Source of the DNA: Desulfomicrobium sp. | GTDB taxonomy: Bacteria; Desulfobacterota; Desulfovibrionia; Desulfovibrionales; Desulfomicrobiaceae | Length of the DNA stretch: 64,000 nucleotides | Assembly: GCA_040768745.1 (NCBI GenBank) | Contig: JAXGMI010000002.1 | Coordinates: 544,001 to 608,000, forward strand | Reading direction: 5' to 3' | Shown here: positions 20,360 through 30,810 of the stretch, piece by piece | Numbering within the stretch: position 1 is the stretch's first letter | How the letters are laid out: every line of letters begins with the position of its first letter | The notes under the pieces: generated by a model | Seen by the model: only the letters and a program-made list of their open reading frames with translations | The model's database searches: none | What the model was told of the DNA's origin: nothing | Translations under genes and position numbers: made by a program

Positions 20360-21723
20360 ACTACTCCCTTCTCATCATCGATGACGAGGAATCCATCCGG
20401 GACAGCCTGCAGATGGCCCTGACCCGCCAATACACGGTTTCTGTGCGGGCCAGTGGGAAGGAAGCCCTGGCAGACCTGGAGGCGTTGAATCCGGATCTGG
20501 TCCTGCTCGACATCGGGCTGCCCGACATGAGCGGACTCGACGTCCTGGAAGGAATCCGGGCCCAGAACGCCCACGCCGCCATCATCATGATCACGGCCTT
20601 CGAGGACCTGGACACGGTCATTACGGCCATGAAGCGCGGGGCATTCGACTATCTGGTCAAGCCGCTGCGCATGGACACCCTCAAGCTCTGTCTGGAGCGG
20701 GCCAAGAGTTCCATCCGCCTCGGCAAGGAGGTTCGGGATCTCCAGGACAAGGCCCTGCGGGAACAGATTCCCTTTTTCGTTGCCCAGAGCGAGGCCCTGA
20801 CCGACGTGGTGCACATGGTCGGCAAGATCGCCATCAGCCCGGATACACCGGTCCTCATCGAGGGCGACACAGGAACCGGCAAGGAGCTCATCGCCAGTGC
20901 CATCCACCACCGCAGCCCCAATTTTCGTGGACCTCTCATCACCATCAATTGTGCGGCCATGCCCACGAATCTGATCGAAAGCGAGCTGTTCGGGTATGCC
21001 CCAGGTGCCTTCAGCGGGGCCGGGCGAAAAGGCAAACTCGGACTGGTCGAGGAGGCGGCCGGCGGAACCCTGTTTCTGGATGAGATCGGCGAGCTGCCGC
21101 AGAGCGCCCAGGCCAAGCTGCTGCGCTTTCTGCAGCAGGGAGAGTTCTACGCCCTGGGCTCCACGGTCAAGCGCACCGTACGGACCAGGATCCTGACCGC
21201 CACCAACCGCAACCTGGAGGACATGGTCAATGACGGCAGCTTCCGGCAGGACCTTTTCTACCGCCTGGCCGTGGTCCGCATCCGCGTCCCATCCCTGACC
21301 AGCCGCAAGGAGGACATTCTGCCCTTGGCCAGACTCTTTCTGTACCAGTACTCTGAAAAATTCGACAAGAAGATCAAGGGGATCACCCCGAGGGCCGCAG
21401 CTGCTCTCCTGGGCCATCCCTGGAAAGGCAATGTGCGCGAACTGCGCAACATCATAGAACGGGCCGTGCTGATGGCCTGCGGCCTGGAATTGGACACGCC
21501 GGACCTGGGACTTGAGCCTCAGTGCGAGTCCGACACGATTCCCCAGGCCCCGGCAAGACTGACGCCAGTCGGCGTGGATCTTCCCGCCGTCCTGCACGAC
21601 CTGGAGCGGACCTATTACGAGCAGGCCCTGGCCTTGGCTGAAGGCAATGAATCCCAGGCTGCCCGGCTCCTCAACGTGTCCAGAGACACGTTCCGATACC
21701 GTCGGGGGAAGCTGGGTTGCTGA
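20356..21723 (+). CDS. Sigma-54 dependent response regulator (NtrC family)
   Basis: REC domain, GDTGTGKE, ESELFG..GAFSGA, FLDEIGE, C-terminal Fis HTH; ATGA overlap with kinase. Confidence 0.93.
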   Translation: MNYSLLIIDDEESIRDSLQMALTRQYTVSVRASGKEALADLEALNPDLVLLDIGLPDMSGLDVLEGIRAQNAHAAIIMITAFEDLDTVITAMKRGAFDYLVKPLRMDTLKLCLERAKSSIRLGKEVRDLQDKALREQIPFFVAQSEALTDVVHMVGKIAISPDTPVLIEGDTGTGKELIASAIHHRSPNFRGPLITINCAAMPTNLIESELFGYAPGAFSGAGRKGKLGLVEEAAGGTLFLDEIGELPQSAQAKLLRFLQQGEFYALGSTVKRTVRTRILTATNRNLEDMVNDGSFRQDLFYRLAVVRIRVPSLTSRKEDILPLARLFLYQYSEKFDKKIKGITPRAAAALLGHPWKGNVRELRNIIERAVLMACGLELDTPDLGLEPQCESDTIPQAPARLTPVGVDLPAVLHDLERTYYEQALALAEGNESQAARLLNVSRDTFRYRRGKLGC

Positions 21724-21871
21724 TCCATCTCGCCTGCCTGCATCTTCCTCTGGTCTGGCCAGCCAGTCCTCGGGATGACACTGCGGGGATGCAGCCCGGG
21801 CATCCCAAGACCGACTGCCCACATTGCCAGAGACCCCCCGCATTCCGTAAGCCCCAAAAAAAGGAGGGCGC

Positions 21872-22201
21872 ATGACCATACGCGACCTGCAGGACAACAT
21901 CGACGCCTGGGTGCACACCTTCGGAGTCCGTTATTTTTCCGAACTGACCAACCTGGGTGTGCTCATGGAAGAAGTGGGCGAAGTGGCCCGGATCATGACC
22001 CGCCGCTACGGAGACCAGAGCTTCAAGGAATCGGACGCAAAGGATCTGGCCGACGAATTGGCGGATGTCCTCTTTGTGCTGACCTGCATCGCCAATCAGA
22101 CCGGGGTCGACTTGACCGAGGCCGTGACCCGCAACCTGGATAAAAAGACCCGGCGGGACCGGGATCGGCATATCAACAACCCCAAGCTGCGCACCCCGTG
22201 A
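21872..22201 (+). CDS. MazG-like nucleotide pyrophosphohydrolase
   Basis: LMEEVGEVAR...DELADVLF. Confidence 0.88.
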   Translation: MTIRDLQDNIDAWVHTFGVRYFSELTNLGVLMEEVGEVARIMTRRYGDQSFKESDAKDLADELADVLFVLTCIANQTGVDLTEAVTRNLDKKTRRDRDRHINNPKLRTP

Positions 22202-22286
22202 GCATGCAGGCAGGCAGTCCCTGCTGCAGTCCATGGCACCGGCGCCTTTCTTCCCTCCGCAACCCCGGGAGCCCGCAGGCTGAAAC

Positions 22287-24101
22287 ATGACCCTCTTTGC
22301 TTCCCCCCCTCTGCCCCAACCGCATTTTCTGCCCATGACCAGATCCGAGATGGACCGCTTGGGTTGGGACGTCCTGGATGTGCTCCTGGTCAGCGGCGAC
22401 GCCTATGTGGATCATCCGTCCTTCGGCACGGCCTTGCTGGGCCGGACGCTTTTGGCCCATGGATTCCGCACCGGCATCGTCACCCAGCCCCGATGGACAC
22501 AGCCAGACGATCTGCTGGTCATGGGTCGCCCCAGGCTCTTCGCCGGGGTCTCGGCCGGGGCTATCGACTCCATGCTGGCCCACTACACAGCCTTCCGCAA
22601 AAAACGCTCCGAGGACGCCTACACCCCCGGGGGCAGGGCTGGGGCCAGGCCCAACCGCGCCTGCATCGTCTACACCAATTTGCTGCGCCAGGCCTTTCCC
22701 GGCCTGACCGTTGTGCTGGGAGGCATCGAGGCCTCCCTGCGGCGCATCACACACTACGATTTCTGGACCGACGCCCTGCGCAAGCCCATTCTCCTGGACG
22801 CCAAGGCAGACATTGTTGTCTACGGCATGGGCGAACGGCCCATTGTCGAAATAGCCCAGCGACTGCATGCAGGGCAGGGCCTGCAGGGCATTCACGGCAC
22901 CGTGTCCGCGGGGGAGGATTTCGAGGCCGGGCTGGTCCTGCCCAGCCACGAGGACATGCTCGCCGATCCACGCGCATTGATGCGTGCCACCCTCATGCTC
23001 GAAACGCAGGTGCACGGGGGCGTCATGTGGGCCAGGGAGAAGGTCGGAGCGCGAACCATTGCCGTGGCTCCCCCGGCCAAACCCCTTTCGACCGCTGAAA
23101 TGGACACCCTGTATGCCCTGCCCTTCTCCCGCAGGGCCCACCCGCACTACGGCCAACCCATCCCGGCCGTGGAGATGATCCGCGACTCCATCACCAGCCA
23201 CCGGGGGTGTGGCGGTGGATGCTCCTTCTGCACCCTGGCCTTGCACCAGGGCCGGCGAATCGCCTCCCGCAGCCTGGGTTCCATCCTGGACGAGGTCCGG
23301 CGCATGACCGCCATGCCGGAATTCAAGGGCAACATTTCCGACGTGGGCGGCCCCAGCGCGAACATGTGGGGCGCGGTATGCGCCAAGGCCGAGCGTCCCT
23401 GCGCCCGCGCAAGCTGTATGACGCCCAGGATATGCCCCCATTTCCGGATGGACCAGCAGGCCCACCTGGACCTGTTGCGGACCGTGCGGCGCGTCCCGGG
23501 CGTCCGCAACGTGCGCGTGGCCAGCGGAGTGCGCTTCGATCTTGCCCTGCAGGATCTGAAGGCCCTGAGCGGATATTTGCGGGAGTTTGTCGGCGGACAA
23601 CTCAAAATTGCCCCTGAGCATGTCTGTGACCATGTCCTGCGACTCATGCGCAAGCCTGGGATCCGGGTTTTCGAGGAATTTCTGACCCTGTTCGCCAGGG
23701 AGTCCCATCGCGCCGGCAAGGAGCAGTACGTTGTGCCGTACCTCATGAGCGCATTTCCAGGCACCACGGACGAAGACATGCGCGCTCTGGCCCGCTGGCT
23801 GGCCCAGCGGGGCTGGCAGCCACGGCAGGTGCAGTGCTTCATCCCCATCCCCGGGGCAGTGGCCACAGCCATGTACCATGCCGGCATCACGCCCGACGGA
23901 AAGCCGATCTTCGTGGCCCGCAGCGACGAGGAGCGGCTCCGCCAACACAGAATTCTGCTCCCGGATGAAACCCGCGGCCAAGGCCGGCGCCCCTCTGCCA
24001 GCAGGCCCACCCCGGGGGGCCGCCGCAGCCAGACCTCGGCTGGTCCTGGCCGCGACGGAATACCTCGGGCCAGAAACCGAAATTTTCGGAATGAAACGTG
24101 A
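22287..24101 (+). CDS. ygiQ: YgiQ family radical SAM protein
   Basis: SGDAYVDHPSFG, GGIEASLRR, RGCGGGCSFC, SDVGGPSANM, APEH. Confidence 0.92.
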   Translation: MTLFASPPLPQPHFLPMTRSEMDRLGWDVLDVLLVSGDAYVDHPSFGTALLGRTLLAHGFRTGIVTQPRWTQPDDLLVMGRPRLFAGVSAGAIDSMLAHYTAFRKKRSEDAYTPGGRAGARPNRACIVYTNLLRQAFPGLTVVLGGIEASLRRITHYDFWTDALRKPILLDAKADIVVYGMGERPIVEIAQRLHAGQGLQGIHGTVSAGEDFEAGLVLPSHEDMLADPRALMRATLMLETQVHGGVMWAREKVGARTIAVAPPAKPLSTAEMDTLYALPFSRRAHPHYGQPIPAVEMIRDSITSHRGCGGGCSFCTLALHQGRRIASRSLGSILDEVRRMTAMPEFKGNISDVGGPSANMWGAVCAKAERPCARASCMTPRICPHFRMDQQAHLDLLRTVRRVPGVRNVRVASGVRFDLALQDLKALSGYLREFVGGQLKIAPEHVCDHVLRLMRKPGIRVFEEFLTLFARESHRAGKEQYVVPYLMSAFPGTTDEDMRALARWLAQRGWQPRQVQCFIPIPGAVATAMYHAGITPDGKPIFVARSDEERLRQHRILLPDETRGQGRRPSASRPTPGGRRSQTSAGPGRDGIPRARNRNFRNET

Positions 24102-24417
24102 CCGGCGAAATCCCGCACACGGCAATTGTCATTTCCAGGATTACACTGTAAATTCAACAAGAAAAAATATCATCGTGGGCGGTCGAGGGCATGCGGGGCG
24201 ACCCGCGCCTGCATGTTCGAAACCGGGCGTGGCGGACAAAATTTTTTGAAGAACATGCTGAGAATAACTTTCCAAAGTCGTTGAATTTTATTATCAGTGC
24301 TTCAAATTTCATATTTTTTACCCGCTGGCCGGGGCAGGCGCGGTTCAGACGAACAGGGTTTGAGCGCCTCTGGGGTCGAAGGGAAGATGACATGCGAATC
24401 GTCATCAGGAGCAAACA

Positions 24418-24693
24418 ATGAACAAAAGCGAACTTATTCAGGCCGTTTCGGAAAATCTCAAGATTTCCAGTGAGGAAGCGGCCACCATCGTCGACAGCTT
24501 CTTCGACTCCATGCGCGACGCCCTGTTGCGTGGCGACCGGATCGAGATCCGCGGCTTTGGCAGTTTCAAGATCAAACAGTACGATGGCTATATCGGACGC
24601 AATCCCAAAACCGGAGAGTCCGTGCAGGTCAAGCCGAAAAAAATGCCCTTCTTTAAGGCCGGCAAAGGTCTGCTGGATTATCTCAACGCCTAA
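24418..24693 (+). CDS. Integration host factor beta / HU family protein
   Basis: MNKSELI, RIEIRGFGSF, GRNPKTGE, PFFKAGK. Confidence 0.92.
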   Translation: MNKSELIQAVSENLKISSEEAATIVDSFFDSMRDALLRGDRIEIRGFGSFKIKQYDGYIGRNPKTGESVQVKPKKMPFFKAGKGLLDYLNA

Positions 24694-24803
24694 AAACGTT
24701 GACAGGGCGCCCAATCGGCGCGAAGGGTCCTGGCTCATTCCGCTCGACGTGGAGAGTCGGTTCATTGTGGGCTGTCCGCACGCCGTATGATGGAGCCTCG
24801 ACA

Positions 24804-25676
24804 TTGCACTCTGTTCTTCAACGTGTCGCCGCCATTCACGATCTTTCTGGGTTCGGGGGAGGATCCCTCTCCGCTGTCATTCCCATTCTCTCTGCCCTGG
24901 GCATGCAGGTCTGCGCATTGCCCACCGCCATCCTGTCCACCCACACAGGCGGTTTCACGGATTTTCATTTTCGGGATCTGACCGAAGACATGCGCTGCAT
25001 CATCGCGCACTGGAAGCGCCTGCCCCTCAGCTTTGCCGGGATCTATTCCGGATTCCTGGGCTCCGTGGAGCAGATCGGGATTGTGCACGGGTTCATCCAG
25101 ACCTTCCGCGACGCGTCGAACCTTGTCGTTGTGGACCCGGTCCTGGGCGACGACAGCCAGCTTTACGACACCATGGACGCATCCATGGTCACGGGCATGC
25201 GTGACCTCGTTTCCGTGGCCGACGTCATCACGCCCAACATCACCGAAGCCGGTCTACTCCTGGGCCAACCCCTGCACTTCGAGAACCTGGTCCAGGATGA
25301 AATCAAATACTGGGCCCGCGCCCTTTCTGACATGGGGCCGCGTTGCGTCATCCTCACCAGCGTGCCCGAAGAACGTCAGCGCAGCACGTCGGTCATTGCC
25401 TATGAACGGGACGCCAACCGCTTCTGGAAAGTCGGTTGCCCATATATTCCTGCACGTTATCCCGGAACTGGAGATATCTTCGCCAGCGTGATAACTGGGT
25501 CGCTCCTCCAGGGGGACTCCCTCCCCCTCTCCCTGGATCGGGCCGTGCAGTTCGTTTCCATGGCCATCCGGGCCACATTCGGCCACAATTTTCCCGAGCG
25601 CGAGGGGGTCTTTCTGGAACGCGTCCTGCCCAGCCTGAACGCACCCGTGGCCATGAGCAGCTTTGAACTGATATGA
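24804..25676 (+). CDS. pdxK: Pyridoxamine/pyridoxal kinase
   Basis: AIHDLSGFG, LSTHTGG, VDPVLGD, TPNITEA, GTGDIF; TTG start inferred from GGAG RBS. Confidence 0.85.
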   Translation: MHSVLQRVAAIHDLSGFGGGSLSAVIPILSALGMQVCALPTAILSTHTGGFTDFHFRDLTEDMRCIIAHWKRLPLSFAGIYSGFLGSVEQIGIVHGFIQTFRDASNLVVVDPVLGDDSQLYDTMDASMVTGMRDLVSVADVITPNITEAGLLLGQPLHFENLVQDEIKYWARALSDMGPRCVILTSVPEERQRSTSVIAYERDANRFWKVGCPYIPARYPGTGDIFASVITGSLLQGDSLPLSLDRAVQFVSMAIRATFGHNFPEREGVFLERVLPSLNAPVAMSSFELI

Positions 25677-26524
25677 ATACCCATTACCGCGGCATTTTCG
25701 TCAGCGACCTGGACGGCACGCTGCTCCGCCAGGGCACCATGTCCCGGCAGGACCTCGACGCCCTGGCGGAGCTCAAGAGCGAGGGCATCCTGCGGGTCAT
25801 CGCCACCGGGCGTTCCCTGCATTCCGCCACCCTTTGCCTGCACGACGAGTTCCCGACCGATTACCTGATCCTGTCCACCGGCAATCAGGTGATTGACTGG
25901 CCGGCCCGGAAGGTGCTGCAAACATACCGCCTCGGTGCAGGGGAAGTGCGGGAGGTCTGCAAACTGCTGGTGGACATGGACGTCAATTTCATGCTCCACG
26001 ACGATTTTCCGGACAACCACTGCTTTGCCTTCCACCGGGGCAGGCAGGTGAACGAGGACTTTGAGCGCCGGCTGGCCCGCAACGCGGACCACGCCAGGGG
26101 TTGGGACCCCGAGGCGGACCCTGCGCCCGCCTCCCAGGCCCTGGCCATTGTCTCCCCCGAGGAGACCGGCCGATACGACCATATCCGGCAGGCCCTTTCG
26201 GGTTACAGTGTGGTCAGGGCCACCTCGCCCCTGGACGGCAAATCCATCTGGGTTGAAATTTTTGCCCACAGCGTTTCCAAGGCCGCAGGCATCACCCATA
26301 TCATGAAGCACCACGGACTGGAGGACGCGCTTCTGGGGGCCATCGGCAACGACCACAACGACAAGGAAATGCTTGACCTGGTCCACCTGCCCTATATCGT
26401 GATTGACGCCTTCATCGATCCCGGGCACAACTATATCAGCACCCCGGCGGCCCGGAGTGACGCGGTGGCTTTTGCCGTGTCGCACTTCATGGAACAACTG
26501 CATTCCGGCATGACCCAACGATGA
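25673..26524 (+). CDS. Cof-like HAD superfamily hydrolase
   Basis: SDLDGTLL, IATGR, SKAAG, GNDHND. Confidence 0.85.
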   Translation: MNTHYRGIFVSDLDGTLLRQGTMSRQDLDALAELKSEGILRVIATGRSLHSATLCLHDEFPTDYLILSTGNQVIDWPARKVLQTYRLGAGEVREVCKLLVDMDVNFMLHDDFPDNHCFAFHRGRQVNEDFERRLARNADHARGWDPEADPAPASQALAIVSPEETGRYDHIRQALSGYSVVRATSPLDGKSIWVEIFAHSVSKAAGITHIMKHHGLEDALLGAIGNDHNDKEMLDLVHLPYIVIDAFIDPGHNYISTPAARSDAVAFAVSHFMEQLHSGMTQR

Positions 26525-27312
26525 AAAACATGTTCTCCTTCCCAGCCCTGATCGGGGAGACATCCCTGGGCCTCGTCAAAAACGTTGGCCAATGGGGTGT
26601 CTTTTCCCTGTCCGCCCTGGCCGGGGCGGTGCACATCCGTCAGCTTTTTCCCAAGGTGCTGCAGAACATCCATTTCATCGGCTTCAAATCCCTGAACATC
26701 ATCATCCTGGTGGCCTTCTTCACCGGCATGGTCCTCGGCCTTCAGGGCTATTACACCCTGATCAAGTTCAGCGCCGAGGGCATGCTTGGCGTGGCCGTTG
26801 CCCTTTCCCTCGTCCGGGAGCTTGGCCCCGTGCTCACGGCCATCATGCTCATCGGCCGGGCCGGATCGAGCATCAGTGCGGAAATCGGCATCATGCGCAT
26901 CTCCGAGCAGATCGACGCCCTGACGACCATGAACATAGACCCGGTCCGCTATCTGGTCACCCCCAAAATGCTCGCCTCATTCATCTGTTTCCCGCTGCTG
27001 ACGGCCGTGTTCGACTGCGTGGGCATCCTCGGCGGATACTTTTCCTCCATGCTGCTCAGCTCCAGGTCCGGCATTTTCTTCAGCAAGATCCAGTCCAGCC
27101 TGTTGCTGGAGGATGTGACCGGAGGGTTCGTGAAGTCCTTCGTGTTCTCCTTCATCGTCATCACGATCTCCTGCTACTGCGGGTATTTCACCCATCTGAA
27201 CCAGGCCAGCGCCGGGGCCCAGGGCGTGAGCAACTCCACCACCTCGGCGGTGGTGCAGTCCTGCGTCTACGTCCTCATCGCCGACTACATCATAACGTCC
27301 TTTCTGATGTGA
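26521..27312 (+). CDS. mlaE: MlaE lipid ABC transporter permease
   Basis: RELGPVLTA, GRAGSSISAEIGIMRISEQIDAL. Confidence 0.92.
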   Translation: MKNMFSFPALIGETSLGLVKNVGQWGVFSLSALAGAVHIRQLFPKVLQNIHFIGFKSLNIIILVAFFTGMVLGLQGYYTLIKFSAEGMLGVAVALSLVRELGPVLTAIMLIGRAGSSISAEIGIMRISEQIDALTTMNIDPVRYLVTPKMLASFICFPLLTAVFDCVGILGGYFSSMLLSSRSGIFFSKIQSSLLLEDVTGGFVKSFVFSFIVITISCYCGYFTHLNQASAGAQGVSNSTTSAVVQSCVYVLIADYIITSFLM

Positions 27313-27316
27313 CCCG

Positions 27317-28507
27317 ATGAACACCGCCCCACTCATCCAGATCCAGAACCTGTGCAAGTCCTTCCACGGCCGCGTCATCCTGCAGGACGCGAACCTGGAC
27401 ATCCACAGGAACCAGATCACGGCCATCATCGGCAAAAGCGGCGTCGGGAAGAGCGTGCTGGTCAAGCACATCATCGGCCTCATCGACGCGGATTCCGGGG
27501 ACATCATCTTTGATGGCCAGCCCTACTCCCGGATGGACAGGAAGGCCTTCTCGGCCATCAAGAACCGGTGCAGCTACATGTTCCAGCACAACGCCCTGTT
27601 CGATTCCATGACCGTTTTTGAGAACATCGCCCTGCCCCTGCAGGAAAAATTCGCCCTGAACAAGACCGAGATTGCGGACAAGGTCAACGCGCGCATCGCC
27701 CAGCTGGAATTGACCGAGGTGGCCCACATGTACCCCAAGCAGATCTCCGGCGGGATGCAGAAACGCGTGGCCCTGGCCCGGGCCCTGATCACGGAACCGG
27801 AAATCATCTTTTTCGATGAACCGACCGCCGGCCTGGACCCCATCCGCAAGAAGACCGTCTTCTCCATGATCCACCGCTATCACGAGCAGCTGAACTTCAC
27901 CGCCGTGATCATCACCCACGACATCCCGGACATCTTCTACATCGCCCATACGGTGCATATCCTGGACAACGGCAGGATCGTCTTTTCCGGCACGCCCGTG
28001 GACCTGGAGCAATCCGGGGATCCGGAGCTGTATTCCTACACCCACGGCCATGAAATGCTCGTGGACGAATTGACCGGGCTGCACAACAGGGTCTCGCTGA
28101 ACCAAAAGCTCGACGCCCTGTTGGGAGCCCTCGACAACGGCGAACACCTGGCCGTCAGCACCGTGCGCATTGCCGGCCTGCGCATGGTCATGGACTTCAG
28201 GGGAAACTTGCTGGCCCACGCCTTGATCAAAAACATCGCCAAATGTGTGCGGGGGCTGGTGGCCAAAAGCGGTTGCGCTGGTACGTTTTCCCATGAAGTG
28301 CTCGTGGCCGCCGCCAGAACCACGGACCCCTCCGTGCTGGCCACCCACGCCACAGCTTTGTCCCGCTTCTTCAACTCGGAAGCCATTCAGGAATTCTGCG
28401 CTGAAAACAGGCTGCACGTCGAGATCGGCGGCATCCTGGCCACAACCGGCGACACGGCCAGCTCGGCCATCCAGAATGCGCTCGCAATGTCAAAGAAATG
28501 CATATGA
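27317..28507 (+). CDS. mlaF: MlaF ABC ATPase fused to a degenerate GGDEF-like domain
   Basis: GKSGVGKS, ISGGMQKRV, FDEPTAGLDP; C-terminal extension starting DELTGLHNR. Confidence 0.85.
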   Translation: MNTAPLIQIQNLCKSFHGRVILQDANLDIHRNQITAIIGKSGVGKSVLVKHIIGLIDADSGDIIFDGQPYSRMDRKAFSAIKNRCSYMFQHNALFDSMTVFENIALPLQEKFALNKTEIADKVNARIAQLELTEVAHMYPKQISGGMQKRVALARALITEPEIIFFDEPTAGLDPIRKKTVFSMIHRYHEQLNFTAVIITHDIPDIFYIAHTVHILDNGRIVFSGTPVDLEQSGDPELYSYTHGHEMLVDELTGLHNRVSLNQKLDALLGALDNGEHLAVSTVRIAGLRMVMDFRGNLLAHALIKNIAKCVRGLVAKSGCAGTFSHEVLVAAARTTDPSVLATHATALSRFFNSEAIQEFCAENRLHVEIGGILATTGDTASSAIQNALAMSKKCI

Positions 28508-28959
28508 AGAACACCTCCACCCTGCATGTCTCCATCGGCCTTTTCCTCATCCTCGGTCTTGTCTGCACGGCCTACCTGGCCCTGACCCTGGCCAACACGA
28601 CCCTGCTTTCCCGGAACGTGTACACCATCACCGCCAAGTTCACGGCTGTGAACGGCCTGCGCAGCGGGAGCAATGTGGAAATCTCGGGCGTGTATGTAGG
28701 CAAGGTGACCGAGATCCGTCTTGACCCGGACCTCTACCAGGCCGTGGTCACCATGCAGGTGCAGAACTCCGTGCCCATCCCCGTGGATTCGACGGCCGCA
28801 ATCAAGACCAGCGGCCTCATCGGCGACAAGTACATCAGCATCATTCCTGGCGGGGATGACGTGGTGCTCAAGGACAACGACATCCTCATGGATACCCAGG
28901 CGGCAGTGGACATCGAAGAACTGATCTCGAAATACGTTTTCGGAAGTGTGAACAAATGA
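28504..28959 (+). CDS. mlaD: MlaD MCE-domain protein
   Basis: N-terminal TM, GLRSGSNVEISGVYVGKV, IKTSGLIGDKYI. Confidence 0.92.
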   Translation: MKNTSTLHVSIGLFLILGLVCTAYLALTLANTTLLSRNVYTITAKFTAVNGLRSGSNVEISGVYVGKVTEIRLDPDLYQAVVTMQVQNSVPIPVDSTAAIKTSGLIGDKYISIIPGGDDVVLKDNDILMDTQAAVDIEELISKYVFGSVNK

Positions 28960-29534
28960 AGCGCCTCGTTCTGTTTTTTGTGCTTTTCCCGGCCCTGGCC
29001 CTGGCCATGACGTCCCCCACGGACTATGTCCGGACCAACGTCGACGCCGTGGTGGCGATCCTGACCGACCCCCAGCTCCAGGGGGAAGAGAAGAAATCGG
29101 AGCAAATGCTCCGCATCGAGTCTGTGGTGGATGGGATTTTCGACTCCCAGGAACTGTCCAAGCGCGCACTGGCCCAGCATTGGAAACTCTTCCGGGAGGA
29201 CCAGCGCCAGGAGTTCCAGAAGCTGTTCCTGGAACTCATCAAGCACGCCTACCTGAAGAAATCCATCGCCTACAACAACGAGGTGGTCCAGTACAACCAG
29301 GAGCTGGTGAAGTCCGAGACACTGGCCGAAGTGCACACGGTCCTGACCTCCCCGACCGTGAACATGCCCATCATCTACTACATGATCAGACGGGACGATT
29401 CCTGGAAGGTCTACGACGTCTCCGTGGAAAATGTCAGCCTGGTCAAGAATTACCGTTCCCAGTTCCAGAGCATCCTGCAGAACAGTTCCCCCGATCAACT
29501 CATCGCCATCCTGAGGGAAAAAATCCATGAATAG
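28956..29534 (+). CDS. mlaC: MlaC periplasmic lipid shuttle
   Basis: Signal peptide, WKVYDVSVENVSLVKNYRSQF. Confidence 0.9.
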   Translation: MKRLVLFFVLFPALALAMTSPTDYVRTNVDAVVAILTDPQLQGEEKKSEQMLRIESVVDGIFDSQELSKRALAQHWKLFREDQRQEFQKLFLELIKHAYLKKSIAYNNEVVQYNQELVKSETLAEVHTVLTSPTVNMPIIYYMIRRDDSWKVYDVSVENVSLVKNYRSQFQSILQNSSPDQLIAILREKIHE

Positions 29535-30279
29535 GCGCACGGTTTTTGTGCTGTTCGTCCTGGTCCTGGGCCTGACTCTGCTGCAGGGCTGTGCGGCCAA
29601 GACGGCCCACCGGGCCCAGGCAGGCCCGCTGGGAACCGCGGCGGCCGGAGAAGAGGAGGCGATCCCCGAGGATGAAACCTACCCGGACAGCCTGGAAACG
29701 GTGAACAGGGGCATCTTCGCCTTCAACGACGGATTCATCACCCACATGTTCTCCCCCGTCGATACAGTGTACACGGGTTTTTTTCCGCAGGACGTGCGCA
29801 ACGGGTTCGGCAATTTCTACCGCAACCTGGGCTACCCTGTGCGGCTGGTGAACGCCCTGCTGCAGCTCAGGCTGGACAAGGTGGCCAAGGAGACCGCGTC
29901 CTTCGCCCTCAACACCGTCTTCGGGGTGGGCGGCCTCTTCAACGTCACCCGGAACATGCCCGGCCTGCAGTCCTCGCCCGAGGACTTCAGCCAGACACTG
30001 GCCTTTTACGGACTGGGCTCGGGCACCTACGTGGTCCTGCCCTTCCTGGGCTCCACCACGGTCCGCGACGTCGTGGGTACCGTGGCGGACTCCTTCCTCC
30101 ACCCCCTCTCCCTCATCACCCCGGACAGCGCCAGATACGCCCTGATCGGACACGACAAGGCCAACACGGCCTCGGCCAACCTCCCGGCCTACAAGACGCT
30201 CAAGGAAGAATCCTTCGATCACTACACGAGCATGAAGGACGTCTACTTCCAGTACCGGCGCGGTCTGGAGCAGGAATAG
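29527..30279 (+). CDS. mlaA: MlaA/VacJ lipoprotein
   Basis: Lipobox LQGC, NRGIFAFND, EDFSQTL, YVVLPFLG. Confidence 0.9.
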   Translation: MNRRTVFVLFVLVLGLTLLQGCAAKTAHRAQAGPLGTAAAGEEEAIPEDETYPDSLETVNRGIFAFNDGFITHMFSPVDTVYTGFFPQDVRNGFGNFYRNLGYPVRLVNALLQLRLDKVAKETASFALNTVFGVGGLFNVTRNMPGLQSSPEDFSQTLAFYGLGSGTYVVLPFLGSTTVRDVVGTVADSFLHPLSLITPDSARYALIGHDKANTASANLPAYKTLKEESFDHYTSMKDVYFQYRRGLEQE

Positions 30280-30397
30280 CAGATTCGTGACGGCCGCGTT
30301 CCAGGGTCCGGCCCCTCTTGACTTTTGCCCGCCCGGCATATCTTTCAATTATCACGATGCTCAAAATGGACCCACACAAGCCACATGGAGGAAGATC

Positions 30398-30637
30398 ATG
30401 TCCGAGAAGAAAACTCTTCTGGAAATCGAGGAAACCCGCCTGACCTACATGGCGGGCATGCTGCTCAAAGAAATCGCGGCAGGTCTTTCACGCCGCCAGC
30501 TCACCATGCAGGGCCCCCAAGGCCCGGTCACAATGGCCCTGCCCAAGGAGGTCGATGTGGAATACAGCATTGAAGAGAAAACCAAGGACGGCGAAACCAA
30601 GACCGAGCTGGAAATCGAAATCAGCTGGAAATCCTGA
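30398..30637 (+). CDS. Amphi-Trp domain protein
   Basis: GGAGG RBS; 79 aa ending ELEIEISW. Confidence 0.75.
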   Translation: MSEKKTLLEIEETRLTYMAGMLLKEIAAGLSRRQLTMQGPQGPVTMALPKEVDVEYSIEEKTKDGETKTELEIEISWKS

Positions 30638-30657
30638 ACAACTCCGCGCTTGCCACG

Positions 30658-30688
30658 CACAAAAGGCCCGTGACCCGGGCCTTTTGTG
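30658..30688. terminator. Bidirectional terminator
   Basis: CACAAAAGGCCCG-tgacc-CGGGCCTTTTGTG between convergent genes. Confidence 0.8.
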
Positions 30689-30810
30689 TTTCCGGAACAG
30701 GTTTGCCTGCCCTGGAATCGGGGATTCCCTCGGCGGCCCGACGGACTCGCGGCCCAATGTGCATGGACCTCGGCGACCCGCGCAGGGTCGAAAACCGGAA
30801 TGGCTCGGCG

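Noticed and set aside
24100..24417. Hairpin near 24185-24220 and possible IHF sites upstream of the IHF/HU gene
   Set aside because: Matches to WATCAANNNNTTR are only partial and the hairpin fits no RNA family I recognise.
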